A stretch of 62,411 nt of DNA, counting the filler, from Sanchytrium tribonematis (Eukaryota), in the NCBI GenBank assembly GCA_018985235.1. It is 6 parts of 6 records of this genome, joined end to end, with 100 filler letters (N's around TTAATTAATTAA, not from the genome) between each part and the next. Parts side by side here need not be neighbours in the genome. Positions count along the whole stretch, not along the records: positions 41,927 to 52,127 come from JADGIG010000303.1; positions 52,228 to 62,411 come from JADGIG010000304.1; 4 more parts are not named here. One strand, given 5' to 3'. Below the pieces are notes generated by a model. The model worked only from the letters and a program-made list of their open reading frames with translations, was not told the DNA's origin and did not search any database. The number at the start of each line of letters is the position of its first letter. The stretch's first letter is position 1. The translations under genes were made by a program, and so were the position numbers. Shown here one piece after another: positions 46,301-57,421 of the stretch.

Positions 46301-46804
46301 AAGAATCTGCAATCAATTTAACATTTAAACAAGTTACAGATGCGTTTTCAGATATATTTGCTAAGTTAGTCCCAAATGGAAAAGGTAAACTAGAGATGAC
46401 AGGCGATTCAAATATTAAGGGGGTTGCAATTTACGCTGCTTTTCCAAATAATCGATCCGGATTTCAAAATATGAAAAGTTTATCCGGAGGTCAAAAGACT
46501 GTCGTAGCTTTGTCATTTATTTTTGCTATTCAAAGTGTGGATAAGCAACCATTTTATGTATTCGATGAAATTGACGCTAGTTTAGATGCAGAGTACAGAA
46601 AATCTATCAGTGGTATTTTACACTAACTTAGAAATGATACAAGAATTAAGCAATGAGGCACAATTCATTGCTACAACTTTTCGGCCAGAATTAATTCAAA
46701 AAGCTGATCATGTTTATGCTGTCTCTTATGCAAACAGAATTTCTGACATTCAACCAACAGAAAAATCACGAGCCTTGGAATTTGTTGAGCAAGTTGAACG
46801 ATGA
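43393..46804 (+). CDS. SMC3: Cohesin subunit Smc3 (exons 43393-46612 and 46632-46804)
   Basis: GRNGSGKSNFF, YIVPQGK, LKEVAGT, hinge, LSGGQKT, FDEIDASLD, second exon QFIATTFRPEL. Confidence 0.95.
46613..46631 (+). other. 19-nt spliceosomal intron with canonical CTAAC
   Basis: gtattttacactaacttag; gives KSISEMIQELS. Confidence 0.93.
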
Positions 46805-46813
46805 TTAAATTTA

Positions 46814-47068
46814 TTACCTTCTTAAATACGGTGCCAATTTTCTTATAACATTGAGCTGCCATTTGTTTTCTACAATTTTGACCTGCTTAATTCTATTTAC
46901 TCGATTTGATCTTTTCGACCACAATTGTTTATTCCTACCTTGAATGTACCTTTTAAATCCTAAAGCTATGGCGCCTCTCATATTTCCGACTGGAATAAAC
47001 CTTTTCGCAATGGATTTATTGGTTCTAATCTTGTAGTATGACGCACAACGATAGAATAAATTCAGCAT
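46814..47068 (-). CDS. Mitochondrial ribosomal protein bL35m
   Basis: KIRTNKSIAKRF, FKR...G, KLAPY. Confidence 0.75.
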   Translation of the reverse strand: MLNLFYRCASYYKIRTNKSIAKRFIPVGNMRGAIALGFKRYIQGRNKQLWSKRSNRVNRIKQVKIVENKWQLNVIRKLAPYLRR

Positions 47069-47423
47069 GAAACGGGAGACAAGATTCCTTCAAAATTGGC
47101 AATTTTTGCCAAGTATACAAACAGACAGGTTTCCGCCTATTTGGATCTGTTGCGTCGGCGAATGTGGTAGGGGTTTATTCAAGTCTGCGTGTCTTAAAAT
47201 TTCAGACGGGATGTATTCATTTACAGATGTTACTGATCAAAAGTACGAGCTAGAACCAATTTCAAAACTTCATGTGCCGAAAAATCCATGTGAATGGTCA
47301 TATATTCCCAAAAATTATGATCTTATAATCACAGATTATTTGACAGATGAATTGAAATTTGATACTCTAGCGACTCAATTAGTTCAAAAATATTACCAGC
47401 AAAAATTTGCTAAAGAAATTTAA
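47067..47423 (+). CDS. Hypothetical protein (start uncertain)
   Basis: 118-aa ORF filling the gap; its ATG overlaps the bL35m ATG on the other strand. Confidence 0.45.
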   Translation: MKRETRFLQNWQFLPSIQTDRFPPIWICCVGECGRGLFKSACLKISDGMYSFTDVTDQKYELEPISKLHVPKNPCEWSYIPKNYDLIITDYLTDELKFDTLATQLVQKYYQQKFAKEI

Positions 47424-47437
47424 TCTTTTTTAAAACA

Positions 47438-48067
47438 ATGGGCAATTGTGTCAATTGTGAGTGCGAATCTAAATTAGTTTTGCAGTACGGCAAATATACA
47501 GTTTTAGCTCACTGCAAATCCTGCGGCGCAGTGGCTGATCCTTACTTAGAATATGATACGGTTTTACTTGGATTAGATTTAATTTTACAAAAACCTGCTG
47601 CCTACAGACACATGATGTGGACAAAATTATCTCAAAGCTTCATATATAGATTTTTTGTGTTGATAATGATGTTTGAGGTTTATATAAATGCGCTTTTAGA
47701 GGAGCATAACAAAACAACATTGAAAGAAGTTTGGATCTTTACCTTGTTTGAAAAAATGATTTTTTATTCTCTATTGGGAATTTACTTTAAAGCAAGGTGC
47801 AGTAAAAGTGTGACCATACCTCTTTGCATTGCTTCTTTTCCCATTTTGTTTATTTTAGCATCAATATTGTGGCAATTTAAAGTATCTACTGATTATTTAT
47901 TTGTGTATGCTCTAAAAATGCTGCGAAGATTAAGCCAAATTCAAGCAGTTCGTTTGCATGTGAAATGCGCGTACGCAGAAGCAATGGTTATTATTGGACT
48001 TGCGTTATTTCTCAAATATTATGTTTGCAAAATATTCTTTCCCATGAACCCTATGCTAATTTTATAA
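47438..48067 (+). CDS. ARV1: Sterol homeostasis protein Arv1
   Basis: CVNC...C..C..VADPYLEYD, DLILQKPAAYRH. Confidence 0.88.
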   Translation: MGNCVNCECESKLVLQYGKYTVLAHCKSCGAVADPYLEYDTVLLGLDLILQKPAAYRHMMWTKLSQSFIYRFFVLIMMFEVYINALLEEHNKTTLKEVWIFTLFEKMIFYSLLGIYFKARCSKSVTIPLCIASFPILFILASILWQFKVSTDYLFVYALKMLRRLSQIQAVRLHVKCAYAEAMVIIGLALFLKYYVCKIFFPMNPMLIL

Positions 48068-48072
48068 ATCAT

Positions 48073-49843
48073 TTATTTTGTTTCTTCAGAAGTCACCTTG
48101 TCCTTTGATTTGCTTTTCTTCTTTTTCTTCACCTTTTCTTCTTTTTTGCCTCCGAATTTTATTTTAAATTCTTCAGCTTTTTTAGAATCTATTCTAGAAA
48201 ACAAATAACCTGGTTTCCCCAAATTATGGCCTCCCTTGATTTCTACAATGAATGATGAGTTATTCAATGGTTTCAGAGGCATCTGCAGTTGATTTAAAAT
48301 ATTTTGACTGGAAGTTGGCATAAATGGCTGAACTAATGAAGCTAAAAGATGAATTAAATTTAAAGCCATTCCAACTACTTGATTACATTTGGCCCTTTCA
48401 TTTTCGTAAAGAGCATTTTTCATATCATTCTCTTGCAGGTACTGGTTTCCTCGACTGGAAATGGCCATTAATTTCATTAATGCTTGTTTTATCTGACATT
48501 TTTCCATTAAATCTATAAATTCTACAGTATTTTCCGTCATCTCTTTAACAAAACTGTCGTCAATTTCAAAATCTGGAACAACGGAATTATATTTTTCAGC
48601 GTGGCATGTAAATTTCATAACTCTATTCACAAAGTTGCCAACATTTGCCAGTAGTTCGTTATTATTCCTAGCAATCAGATCAGACCACTGAAAAACAGTA
48701 TCGCCAGTTTCTGGTCGCACAGCAAACAAATAATACCGCCAAACGTCGACGGGAATACCTGTAGTCTTTACCATGGACCCAAATACACCCACACCTCTAG
48801 ATTTTGAAAATTTGTCGTCTTCGTAATTTAGATATTCGGTAGTATGTAAAGAATTGACCAAATTCCAGTCATCATCTGTTCCAAGAAGAGTACATGGGAA
48901 AATGACGGAATGAAAAGGAACGTTATCCTTTCCCATAAATTGATGAAGCTCAACCTCATAATCTTTTTGGCGTTTCCACCATAATTCCCAGTCTGGATTT
49001 TCCCCAGCAGTAATGGACAAATAGCCTATAGGTGCATCAAACCAAACTAAATCAGTCAACAATACCATAAAAAACTTTTTCTTCGAATCCGTCCAGTGGC
49101 ACCTTAGTTCCCCATTTTAAGTCTCTTGTAATGCAGCGTTCTTTGAGGCCTTCACCGTGAAGCCAAGTTTTTGTGATTCCGATGGATGAGTTAGTCCAAG
49201 TTTTAGAATTTTTTTCGAAAAACTCTTCACATTTTGGCTGTAACTTACTTAAGTCAAAAAATAAATGATTACTTTCCTTGATTTCCAGTTGGTCATCAAA
49301 TTTACAACGGGGATTCAAGAGTTCAACGGCATTCATCAAAGACCCGCATTTATCGCACTGATCACCCCTTGCATCCTCATATCCACACTTGGGACAAGTT
49401 CCTTGAACGTACCTATCAGCAAAATACCGATTTAATTTCTGAGAGTACAACTGCTTCATGCCTTTCTGAAATAAATATCCGTTTTTATAAAGTTCTTTAA
49501 ATATGCTCTGCGATATCTCTGTTTGCTTTTCCGTACTAGTTCTTCCCCAAATGTCAAATTGAATTGTAAAATCATCGTATACTGATTTGTGAAGCTTGGA
49601 ATACTTATCGCACAATTCTTTCTCCGTAATACCAAGTTCGTGAGCTTTTAATTCAGTTGCAGTGCCATACTCATCAGTTCCACAAACATATAATACATTG
49701 TACTGTCGCAGCCTGCAAAATCTGGCATAACAATCTGCACTTAATACGCATCCTATGATATTTCCTAAATGAGGCTCATTATTGACATATGGTAAAGCTG
49801 AAGTTATCAAAATATTTCTAGTGTTGGCTGATGGCAATTTCAT
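48073..49843 (-). CDS. MES1: Cytosolic methionyl-tRNA synthetase (exons 49843-49066 and 49046-48073)
   Basis: [28 protein letters not shown] across the intron, KFSKS. Confidence 0.96.
49047..49065 (-). other. 19-nt spliceosomal intron
   Basis: gtattgttgactgatttag; G|TT restores the invariant YVWFDA. Confidence 0.94.
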
Positions 49844-49886
49844 ACAAAACAAAACACGGAAATTTTATAAAAATTAAAATCTCCTT

Positions 49887-50402
49887 ATGACTGTGGATGA
49901 GGTCGTTCAAACGTTACATTTATCAAAAAAAACCAGTAGGCTTGCCAAAAGACTGAAGAACTTTCATGCCCGCAAAAAGAAAAATGCTCATCCGCTCTGC
50001 TATGTGTTGTACGCGGCTAAATTAACAGATGCAAGTGTAAGATTTAATGAGGCAATCAAACGATTTACCATCAAATCAGACTTTGAAAAGGATTACGCCA
50101 ATTTCGAAATGGATATTTCAAACTTAATGAAATTTAAATTTGCATTTGATGGTACAAATTCGTTACTTGGAGACCCATTTCTCTTACTAAAAGATGTGAC
50201 ATCTGATCTAAGTCTTGATTTTGATGCATGCTTTGTATTTCTTGAAAAATTATACATTCATGAAAAATATATCAACATTCCAATGATGGGACTGGTTGCA
50301 ATTGCATGTTACTCTGAAAGTATTGGCAAAGAACTTTCATTGATGCTGAAAATTGATTTGGAATGGATTAAAAAACAAAGAGAAATGGCTGCAAACATTT
50401 AA
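49887..50402 (+). CDS. Divergent short cyclin-fold protein (cyclin C/H/K-like)
   Basis: VLYAAKL, FEMDISNLMKF, DPF, P...VAIAC resemble cyclin box motifs. Confidence 0.45.
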   Translation: MTVDEVVQTLHLSKKTSRLAKRLKNFHARKKKNAHPLCYVLYAAKLTDASVRFNEAIKRFTIKSDFEKDYANFEMDISNLMKFKFAFDGTNSLLGDPFLLLKDVTSDLSLDFDACFVFLEKLYIHEKYINIPMMGLVAIACYSESIGKELSLMLKIDLEWIKKQREMAANI

Positions 50403-52127
50403 TTATTTTACAAGTGCATTATTACGATTGATGCATATCATTTTTGAGTGGCAAAATAAGCAAAAGGCAAAGCACTGAAGTAAATTATTAAGAAATGCTT
50501 CATTTGACTGCTCAATTTTAAACGATCCGCAAAATTTACATTGGAAATGGCCTAATTGTATAATTTGGAAGGATATTTGGCATCTATCCCAAATAATTTC
50601 ATCAGATACATGTGCTTTTCTTGGGTCATCCAAAATTATGCTAGTATCTGTAATAGGACATATTTCCGCAGAATCTTCGATAAGCTCTGCAAATTCTTCA
50701 AAGTCGAGTTGCGCATTCATCTCAATAATTTTTTTCAAAAAAAGAGTACTTTCCTGTTCCAAATCGATGCTCAAAATTTCTCTCTTAAAAACCGTGATCC
50801 ATACTCCGAGCAATTTGATATATCTATTTTGGATTATAGTTGTAATATTGTCAACAACCTCTAACCGTAAACTTTCCAACTTGTCATCTTGGAATTTTAA
50901 TCTAGCCAGCAAATACATTGATTTTTGGCGATACTGTAAAAATTGAGAAGCAGCTTTTTGGAGTGATACAAAGCAGTTAATTTGCGGTCTTTTATCAAAT
51001 AGATTGCCACTCACAATTTTAGAATCTGGAGTAGAGTTATTTAACAAAAGAGATTTTAAATGCTCAAATGCCATTGCATCGTCATACGTGCAAGAGTGGT
51101 ACTGTTTCAATTGGCGAGAATATTCTATGAGTTGAACAATATTGTGATTATCACAGGTTAGATCCTCATCAAAATTACTCCAATTTTCTTCTTCAAGGTT
51201 CATAGAGCACAAATAGGATCTTCTAGCATTTGGCTGCAGAGTTTCTTGAGATTTTGGATCTCTCATAATATAGTGAAAATAAATTTCAGTTCCGATTTGC
51301 CTACATCCATATAAATAACAATTAACATTTATGGTAATATCTTCATCTTCAACATTCTCGCTGCCACCTTGGTTAATAATATCTAATATGTTTTCTCTCA
51401 TTTTAGAAGTTGCTAGAGAGTGGTTAAGTTTTTCTGTGCCCATACTATAGAAGTATTCTTTTAAAAATTTCGTGGTGCCCAAGACTGCGCAATCTTGCCT
51501 CAAGTATAATATTGTTGGATTTTGTGACACTTCTAACGAATGTTGTACAATTTGAGAAAATTGGTTTCGGGTCTGATTTGCTATTAATCTATAAATGAAC
51601 AAACCTCCACAGAATGTAAATGCAAAAATCTGGTTTTGAGATGTGGGAGAAAACCAATCTATCAAATCAATCGAAGAAGGTACATTTATATTAAATACCT
51701 TTTCGAACGTTATTTGGGGAAAATTTAACCTATAGACAAAGAAGCTGCCATCTAATGTGCCCACCGCAAGGAATGCAAAACCAGATTCAGCCACTACGGC
51801 CTTACTCCAAGATAAACTTCGGACATTTTCGATTTTCAGAGTACTTTTAAATTGAATATCATTATCAGTAACTAAGAAAAAATGTACACCATGGTCATTT
51901 GAGATAGCTAAAAATGCAATTTTGTAAACCGAATGAAGGCTTGTGAAAGTATTGCTCCAGGCAAATGCATTGATTGTTAACAATTGCAAGCTTTCACTAT
52001 CCAAAATTTTAAATGGATCAACATCGAAGTGGCTTGCTAATCTAAAATTGATTCTGTCTATAAGTGACCATTGACCAGTCTGATTATATAATAACAAATG
52101 ATTTGCAACAAGTACAGCAAGAATGCA
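50403..52127 (-). CDS. TFIIIC subunit Tfc8/GTF3C4-like (5' truncated)
   Basis: beta-propeller N-part; C-terminal E.CPI...W.RC..S...C.FC...CLFC zinc finger. Confidence 0.65.
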   Translation of the reverse strand, partial: CILAVLVANHLLLYNQTGQWSLIDRINFRLASHFDVDPFKILDSESLQLLTINAFAWSNTFTSLHSVYKIAFLAISNDHGVHFFLVTDNDIQFKSTLKIENVRSLSWSKAVVAESGFAFLAVGTLDGSFFVYRLNFPQITFEKVFNINVPSSIDLIDWFSPTSQNQIFAFTFCGGLFIYRLIANQTRNQFSQIVQHSLEVSQNPTILYLRQDCAVLGTTKFLKEYFYSMGTEKLNHSLATSKMRENILDIINQGGSENVEDEDITINVNCYLYGCRQIGTEIYFHYIMRDPKSQETLQPNARRSYLCSMNLEEENWSNFDEDLTCDNHNIVQLIEYSRQLKQYHSCTYDDAMAFEHLKSLLLNNSTPDSKIVSGNLFDKRPQINCFVSLQKAASQFLQYRQKSMYLLARLKFQDDKLESLRLEVVDNITTIIQNRYIKLLGVWITVFKREILSIDLEQESTLFLKKIIEMNAQLDFEEFAELIEDSAEICPITDTSIILDDPRKAHVSDEIIWDRCQISFQIIQLGHFQCKFCGSFKIEQSNEAFLNNLLQCFAFCLFCHSKMICINRNNALVK

Positions 52128-52227
52128 NNNNNNNNNNNNNNNNNNNNNNNNNNNNNNNNNNNNNNNNNNNNTTAATTAATTAANNNNNNNNNNNNNNNNN
52201 NNNNNNNNNNNNNNNNNNNNNNNNNNN

Positions 52228-52761
52228 TCCGTTTGGGATATTTACGACAGCGAGGAGAGAATCAAGGTAATTTTGGAACAGTTTCAAGAATCAGATCCAT
52301 TTCCCTTTTTTGAGTTAACGAAGCCTCCGCCGCCGCTTGATAAATTTGAAGAGTTTTCCAGCTTACAGTTCCTTGAAGATCTGAATCATACGCAAATGTC
52401 TTTTTGGTCTACCTCTCACTACATCGATTTAAAAATGCTTCCAATTCCTAGCAATTTACTTTACTTTTTTGACCCTGACTTGCTTTATATTGATGGTATA
52501 CCGGTCTTGAATGTCTCTTTGAATTCAGTGGAACCGCAAAAGTCTGTTCTTGTGCATGGCATCAATTTAAAAAATGGATTTTTGACCAATGCTGGATTAT
52601 GTTATGCACAATCAACTTTTCCGCAAAGTTTTTACTTTTCAAAGTGTCAAATTTATGATTATTTAATTCCCATTTTCAAAGACAATGTATTGTACATCTA
52701 CATGAGCTGCAATGTAGTAGACGAATTGCTAAATCTTAAAATTTGTAGAGTCGACATTTAA
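52228..52761 (+). CDS. Hypothetical protein, C-terminal part (partial)
   Basis: Frame open from the contig edge to TAA at 52761. Confidence 0.55.
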   Translation, partial: SVWDIYDSEERIKVILEQFQESDPFPFFELTKPPPPLDKFEEFSSLQFLEDLNHTQMSFWSTSHYIDLKMLPIPSNLLYFFDPDLLYIDGIPVLNVSLNSVEPQKSVLVHGINLKNGFLTNAGLCYAQSTFPQSFYFSKCQIYDYLIPIFKDNVLYIYMSCNVVDELLNLKICRVDI

Positions 52762-52766
52762 TAAAT

Positions 52767-55097
52767 TTACTTTGATTTTAATTCAATCAATTTCGTTTGC
52801 AATTTTTCATTTTCCAAAATAACTCTATCAAGATTTTCAAAAATTGAGTCGTTGGGAAAATGTACTTTTTGAACAGGTTTATAAGCCTTGAAGTTGCCAT
52901 CTAGTCGGTTTAACTTTTTAGTGATAAGTTCAATCGATTTGTAGATTGCAATGTGCTTGGTTCTCGCAATATCTATTTTTTTGACCGATTCTGATCTGCT
53001 TTGCCTCAATCGCTCGCAATCGCCCAAAAGTTTGTGTAATTCAGTATTGAAGGCTATTTTGTTTCTCAATACATGATGATTTATAAATCCAGGAACGCTT
53101 TCGGATAAATTTTGAAAATTAAATTGCAATGTTGATAGTTGGTTTGATATGGATTTTATCGTTAATAAACCTTGGATAGATTTTGTTTTGTATAATTCAG
53201 AGTCAATATATTTTAGCTGAAGTTCATGAAAAAAAGATTTTAAATTACCTAATTTGACTTCCAACGTGTTGCTCTCGGATACCTTTGAATTATAATCTTT
53301 TAAAGACAAATCAATTTCCTCATCGTATTGAAATTCAAGTTGTCTATCAGCGCAAATCTCCTCTTTCAGTTTCTGATTGCAGTTAGCCAACGATTGACGA
53401 GCATTTTGAATTCTTGATGCGTCAAATTCAATTAAAGCTATATTTTTTAGGTTTCTCGATTGGTTTTCAACACATGCTTTTGCCAAACTTTCAATTGAAG
53501 CTGTTATTTGTTTAGATTCTGATATATCTTTTTCCAATCTATTGATTGACGTTTGAAGAGATATATTATGATTGCTCAATTCAAGCAATTCTTTCTTCTT
53601 TAGTTGAATGGAATCACTATACTTAAAACAGTTGGAGTGAGTACTTAAGATATCTTGATTAATTTGCACTAAACCATTGCTTAGAAACAGCAATTGTTTG
53701 GAAAGTGAAGAGCTTTTGGCTTCTAAAAACCGTAAATCTCTTGAAATCTCATGTTTCTTCCTTGTAATTGCAGTGCCAATTTTTTCATTCACAACCAATT
53801 CTTTTTCGATTGACAATAATTTGGACAAACTTTGCTCCAGGTCCGAAGCAACAGCTTTTTGTTCAAATTCGCTTTTCACTACTTGATTGTTAATAGACTT
53901 CAAATTTTTTGCCACAACGAGACCTGATTTTATCAACAATGTTGAGTACGTTTTCATATACATAATATTTTGCTTCAAAATTTCCGCTTCTTGAGCTTTT
54001 AAAGTATAATCGAAATTTTCCTTCTTAAAAATATCATCCAAGGCCTTCAAAATTTTAGCGCAGTTGGAAAGCAAAATTGATCGCTCTTTTTTGAATTGTT
54101 TCTCTGACACCAGCTTTAAAATTCGTGATGAGATACTTTTATGCAACAGTATCACTTTTTCATCCAACTGCTTGGCGTTGAAATCAAGTAGACGAATCTG
54201 CTTTTTCACCGATATATTATTCTTCTGTTCATCCTTGAATCGCTTGTCAGTAACTTTAGCAATTTCTGAGAGTTTGTCGAGTCTCAATTGCTCATCACTC
54301 AAGTTGTTTTCGATACAATTCAAGTCTAAAACCTTTTTCTCAAATTCGGCTTGTAGAGAGTTTACCTTACTCACCTTTTCCACTAAATCGTTTTTGCAAC
54401 TAATTAATTTGTCATATTCACCATTTAGGTCGAGTTCAAATGTTGATGCTTCTGATCTGATTGCATTCACGAGGTTTAGGTTTTTGACAGACTCTTCTGA
54501 CTTTTGGACCAAAGCCATTTGGTTTTGCTCCAGTCTGCCATCCAATGAGGCCAGTGAATCATTCTTTGTGTTCAATAGGCGAAAATCCTCTACATTTTGA
54601 ATTTGAAGTTGTTCAATATTAGCGATTAATTGATTTTTTTTCATAGCTAATGAATTATATTCATTTAATTTAACGCTAATGCGACCTTCAACCTCGTTTA
54701 AGGAATCTTGCTTTAATTTAAGCTGGGATTTCGCCTTTTCTATTTCTTTTCTGAATTGACCAAAGTCCAAATTTCCAGACACATCTGTGTTTTCTCGAAT
54801 TTCAATAAGATTCCTTTCAAGGTCGCTTTTTAGCCTTTGCCAGAATTCATCTTGCTCCAAGTTCTCCACAACACTAATTAGCAATGACCTTTTTTCCTCA
54901 AGTAATTTCATTGCTAATATTTCGTCTGGAAAATCATCTTGCAGCAAATTCCAATATTGTGAATTAATTGCCTGGCTAGCCTTTAAAAAGTTTAGCTTAG
55001 TATCTCCACGTTGACACAGCTTTTTGGAAAGTGTTCGATATTGCTCTGCTCTTTCCAATTGTATTAATAGCAGTGCCTCGTCATCCGCTGCGGCCAT
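52767..55097 (-). CDS. Long coiled-coil protein
   Basis: 776 aa with continuous heptads; family not recognised. Confidence 0.7.
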   Translation of the reverse strand: MAAADDEALLLIQLERAEQYRTLSKKLCQRGDTKLNFLKASQAINSQYWNLLQDDFPDEILAMKLLEEKRSLLISVVENLEQDEFWQRLKSDLERNLIEIRENTDVSGNLDFGQFRKEIEKAKSQLKLKQDSLNEVEGRISVKLNEYNSLAMKKNQLIANIEQLQIQNVEDFRLLNTKNDSLASLDGRLEQNQMALVQKSEESVKNLNLVNAIRSEASTFELDLNGEYDKLISCKNDLVEKVSKVNSLQAEFEKKVLDLNCIENNLSDEQLRLDKLSEIAKVTDKRFKDEQKNNISVKKQIRLLDFNAKQLDEKVILLHKSISSRILKLVSEKQFKKERSILLSNCAKILKALDDIFKKENFDYTLKAQEAEILKQNIMYMKTYSTLLIKSGLVVAKNLKSINNQVVKSEFEQKAVASDLEQSLSKLLSIEKELVVNEKIGTAITRKKHEISRDLRFLEAKSSSLSKQLLFLSNGLVQINQDILSTHSNCFKYSDSIQLKKKELLELSNHNISLQTSINRLEKDISESKQITASIESLAKACVENQSRNLKNIALIEFDASRIQNARQSLANCNQKLKEEICADRQLEFQYDEEIDLSLKDYNSKVSESNTLEVKLGNLKSFFHELQLKYIDSELYKTKSIQGLLTIKSISNQLSTLQFNFQNLSESVPGFINHHVLRNKIAFNTELHKLLGDCERLRQSRSESVKKIDIARTKHIAIYKSIELITKKLNRLDGNFKAYKPVQKVHFPNDSIFENLDRVILENEKLQTKLIELKSK

Positions 55098-55138
55098 CAA
55101 ATTTTTTTAAAAATTCATCTCCTTTTGCTTCACACATA

Positions 55139-56014
55139 ATGACATCAAGCGCTGAAGATGCCCTGAAATTTTTGGAATCACTTGAAGGAGATTTACAGCC
55201 TTCTGACGAGTCCAAAAGCAACTCCGATATTCCAAGTCAAGCACCAAGTTTCAAGCAAGACGAAAATCCTGCCACTATCAGTACTTCATCGGCAAGCCCG
55301 CCAAAGATAAATGATAATAAAAATCCACCGAAGAACAACCCCGACACAGCACCACAATCTCAACAGCCTTCTTCATTTTCGTTCGGCACATTTAATTCGG
55401 CATTGAAGACATATCTTAAAGATGAAAATGTTCAAAAAGCTAAGGAAAATGTGTCCAAAAATGTGACATCAATCGCTAGCGCATTTATATCTTCATTTAA
55501 TGTTCCCCCATCGCTGCAAATCAAGTGCCACATATCTTCGCCATTCAATCTTGGGCAAGATATCAGATATACTTTGCAAGAAATTTGGGGTAACGCTACC
55601 AAGGGCAGATGGAGTTTCGATTATGACTACTCCGAAAATCACAAAACTCTATTCAGTGAAAATTGGAACGAGCTTTTGTCTGTAATCAAGTCTGAAATCA
55701 AACATTCGGAAAGTTTGTCGATTTCTGTCGTCATTATGGAGATCAAATGGGGAAACGAAGACAAGGATTCTTCCAAACAGCATATTAGATCGTCAAGTAG
55801 CATCTCAAATCCGGACAACCCACAAGAATTAAGCTCGAGACCACCTCTCCCTTCGGAACTCAAATTGGAAGGTTATGCGTTTGTGATCAAGGTTTTAGAT
55901 ATAACGGAATCCGGGATGATATATGGAAGATATTGCCAAGATAATCTTTTTGGACTTTTAGAAAATGCTTTCGAACATTGTGGTAGACAATTTCAAAGCA
56001 AATACGCAAAATAA
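55139..56014 (+). CDS. Mtc1-like protein
   Basis: N-terminal EDALKFLESL followed by low-complexity region; start moved to MTSSA. Confidence 0.5.
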   Translation: MTSSAEDALKFLESLEGDLQPSDESKSNSDIPSQAPSFKQDENPATISTSSASPPKINDNKNPPKNNPDTAPQSQQPSSFSFGTFNSALKTYLKDENVQKAKENVSKNVTSIASAFISSFNVPPSLQIKCHISSPFNLGQDIRYTLQEIWGNATKGRWSFDYDYSENHKTLFSENWNELLSVIKSEIKHSESLSISVVIMEIKWGNEDKDSSKQHIRSSSSISNPDNPQELSSRPPLPSELKLEGYAFVIKVLDITESGMIYGRYCQDNLFGLLENAFEHCGRQFQSKYAK

Positions 56015-56025
56015 ATAATTTATTT

Positions 56026-56928
56026 TTAGATCACATAACACTGATTTTCTAGCTTGTGCCACTCAAAAACATCCAGCGCTAAACAGTATGTAGACACAGC
56101 TGCCGCAAAAGCAAACAAGTGCCAAATTTGATGAGAATGAAAGATATAGTCAAACAAGCCAGGAGCGTAGCGTTCCGGAATTCTTAGTGCATAGATCAAA
56201 GCACCAGCAATGTAAAAAAACGTCATGAAAATGAATCCCATCACTCCCATAGAAGAATTAAAAGGAAGCGGATTACTTGATATGTGCATTAAAAATGGAA
56301 TTGCACTAGCAAATCCACTTGCAAGATATACATAAACCCGTATCCAAGGTCTTTCTCTAAAATACTCTACAAATGATCCTACTACGCCAACAAGGGATAG
56401 TGAAGTCAAAAACCCTAGATGAATAATCTGTGCTAGGCCACTACAGTAATACAAATAATATGTCACAATAAATGAGGACCCCATAACCATAAATGATATC
56501 CCCGAATAATCTAAACATACAAAAAACTGGTGAGTTTTAATGCATTGATTACAATGTAAATGGAACAGCGTGGAACACACGAAGCATTTAATGGCACATA
56601 AACAGAATACAGAAAATATAATCTTGTCCATAATTTGACTTGTTTCCCAGGCCCATACGTTGATCAAAATTCCGAGAAAAAAGAATGAAGCAAGCACGTG
56701 CGTATAAATATTCCCAGTCTCATTGTGAAGGTATCCCAAACTTGACCAAGAGTCTATAAAGTTGTTACAGATTCTATATCCGTCTAAAATATAGACATTC
56801 TGAGCATAAATTGGAGCTTCTTCATATTTGTATACCCGTTTGGTTTTGATTGGATTATCATTCTTTTCTACAAAATCCTGAGCAGAGTCTTGTTTAAATT
56901 CAGATACTCTACAAGATCTCTTTCTCAT
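56026..56928 (-). CDS. PAQR/Izh (HlyIII) adiponectin-receptor-like protein
   Basis: HNETGNIYTH, STLFH, LDYSGI, RIPERYAPGLFD..HSHQIWH. Confidence 0.93.
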   Translation of the reverse strand: MRKRSCRVSEFKQDSAQDFVEKNDNPIKTKRVYKYEEAPIYAQNVYILDGYRICNNFIDSWSSLGYLHNETGNIYTHVLASFFFLGILINVWAWETSQIMDKIIFSVFCLCAIKCFVCSTLFHLHCNQCIKTHQFFVCLDYSGISFMVMGSSFIVTYYLYYCSGLAQIIHLGFLTSLSLVGVVGSFVEYFRERPWIRVYVYLASGFASAIPFLMHISSNPLPFNSSMGVMGFIFMTFFYIAGALIYALRIPERYAPGLFDYIFHSHQIWHLFAFAAAVSTYCLALDVFEWHKLENQCYVI

Positions 56929-57421
56929 CTTGGTGTTTGAGGATTCCAATTATATTGATATATCCTAGCCAATCAATTATTAAAGCGAGTTGATGTTTTC
57001 AGGGGATCTGGTTTGAGGCGACTCGCATTTTAAATGCTTAAATGAATATAATATGTCACACCTTTCAGATTATGCCATTTCTTTTAATATGTTCTATGTT
57101 TCTATCAGAACTTCTCGACCTTAACTTGCAGTGACGATCCGCATTGGTCGATCCTGTGGCTTAAGCAGGAGATCAAATTTATGAATACGTGTATTGATAA
57201 CAAATTTGATTCTACATACAAGTGTGAATGCTGTTTGGCTTTGACAACGGATCCTGGGCATTTATTTTCTTGCATAGATTTTATAAATTTTTCGAGGAAG
57301 CACTATCAGATCAACACTGTTCCTGATTTAATTTGCTTAATTAATGAGAAAGGGAGAAATTTCCTAGTTTTCATTAACAAACGATAATAAATATACTCCC
57401 TAAAACAAAAGGTTTTCCTTT

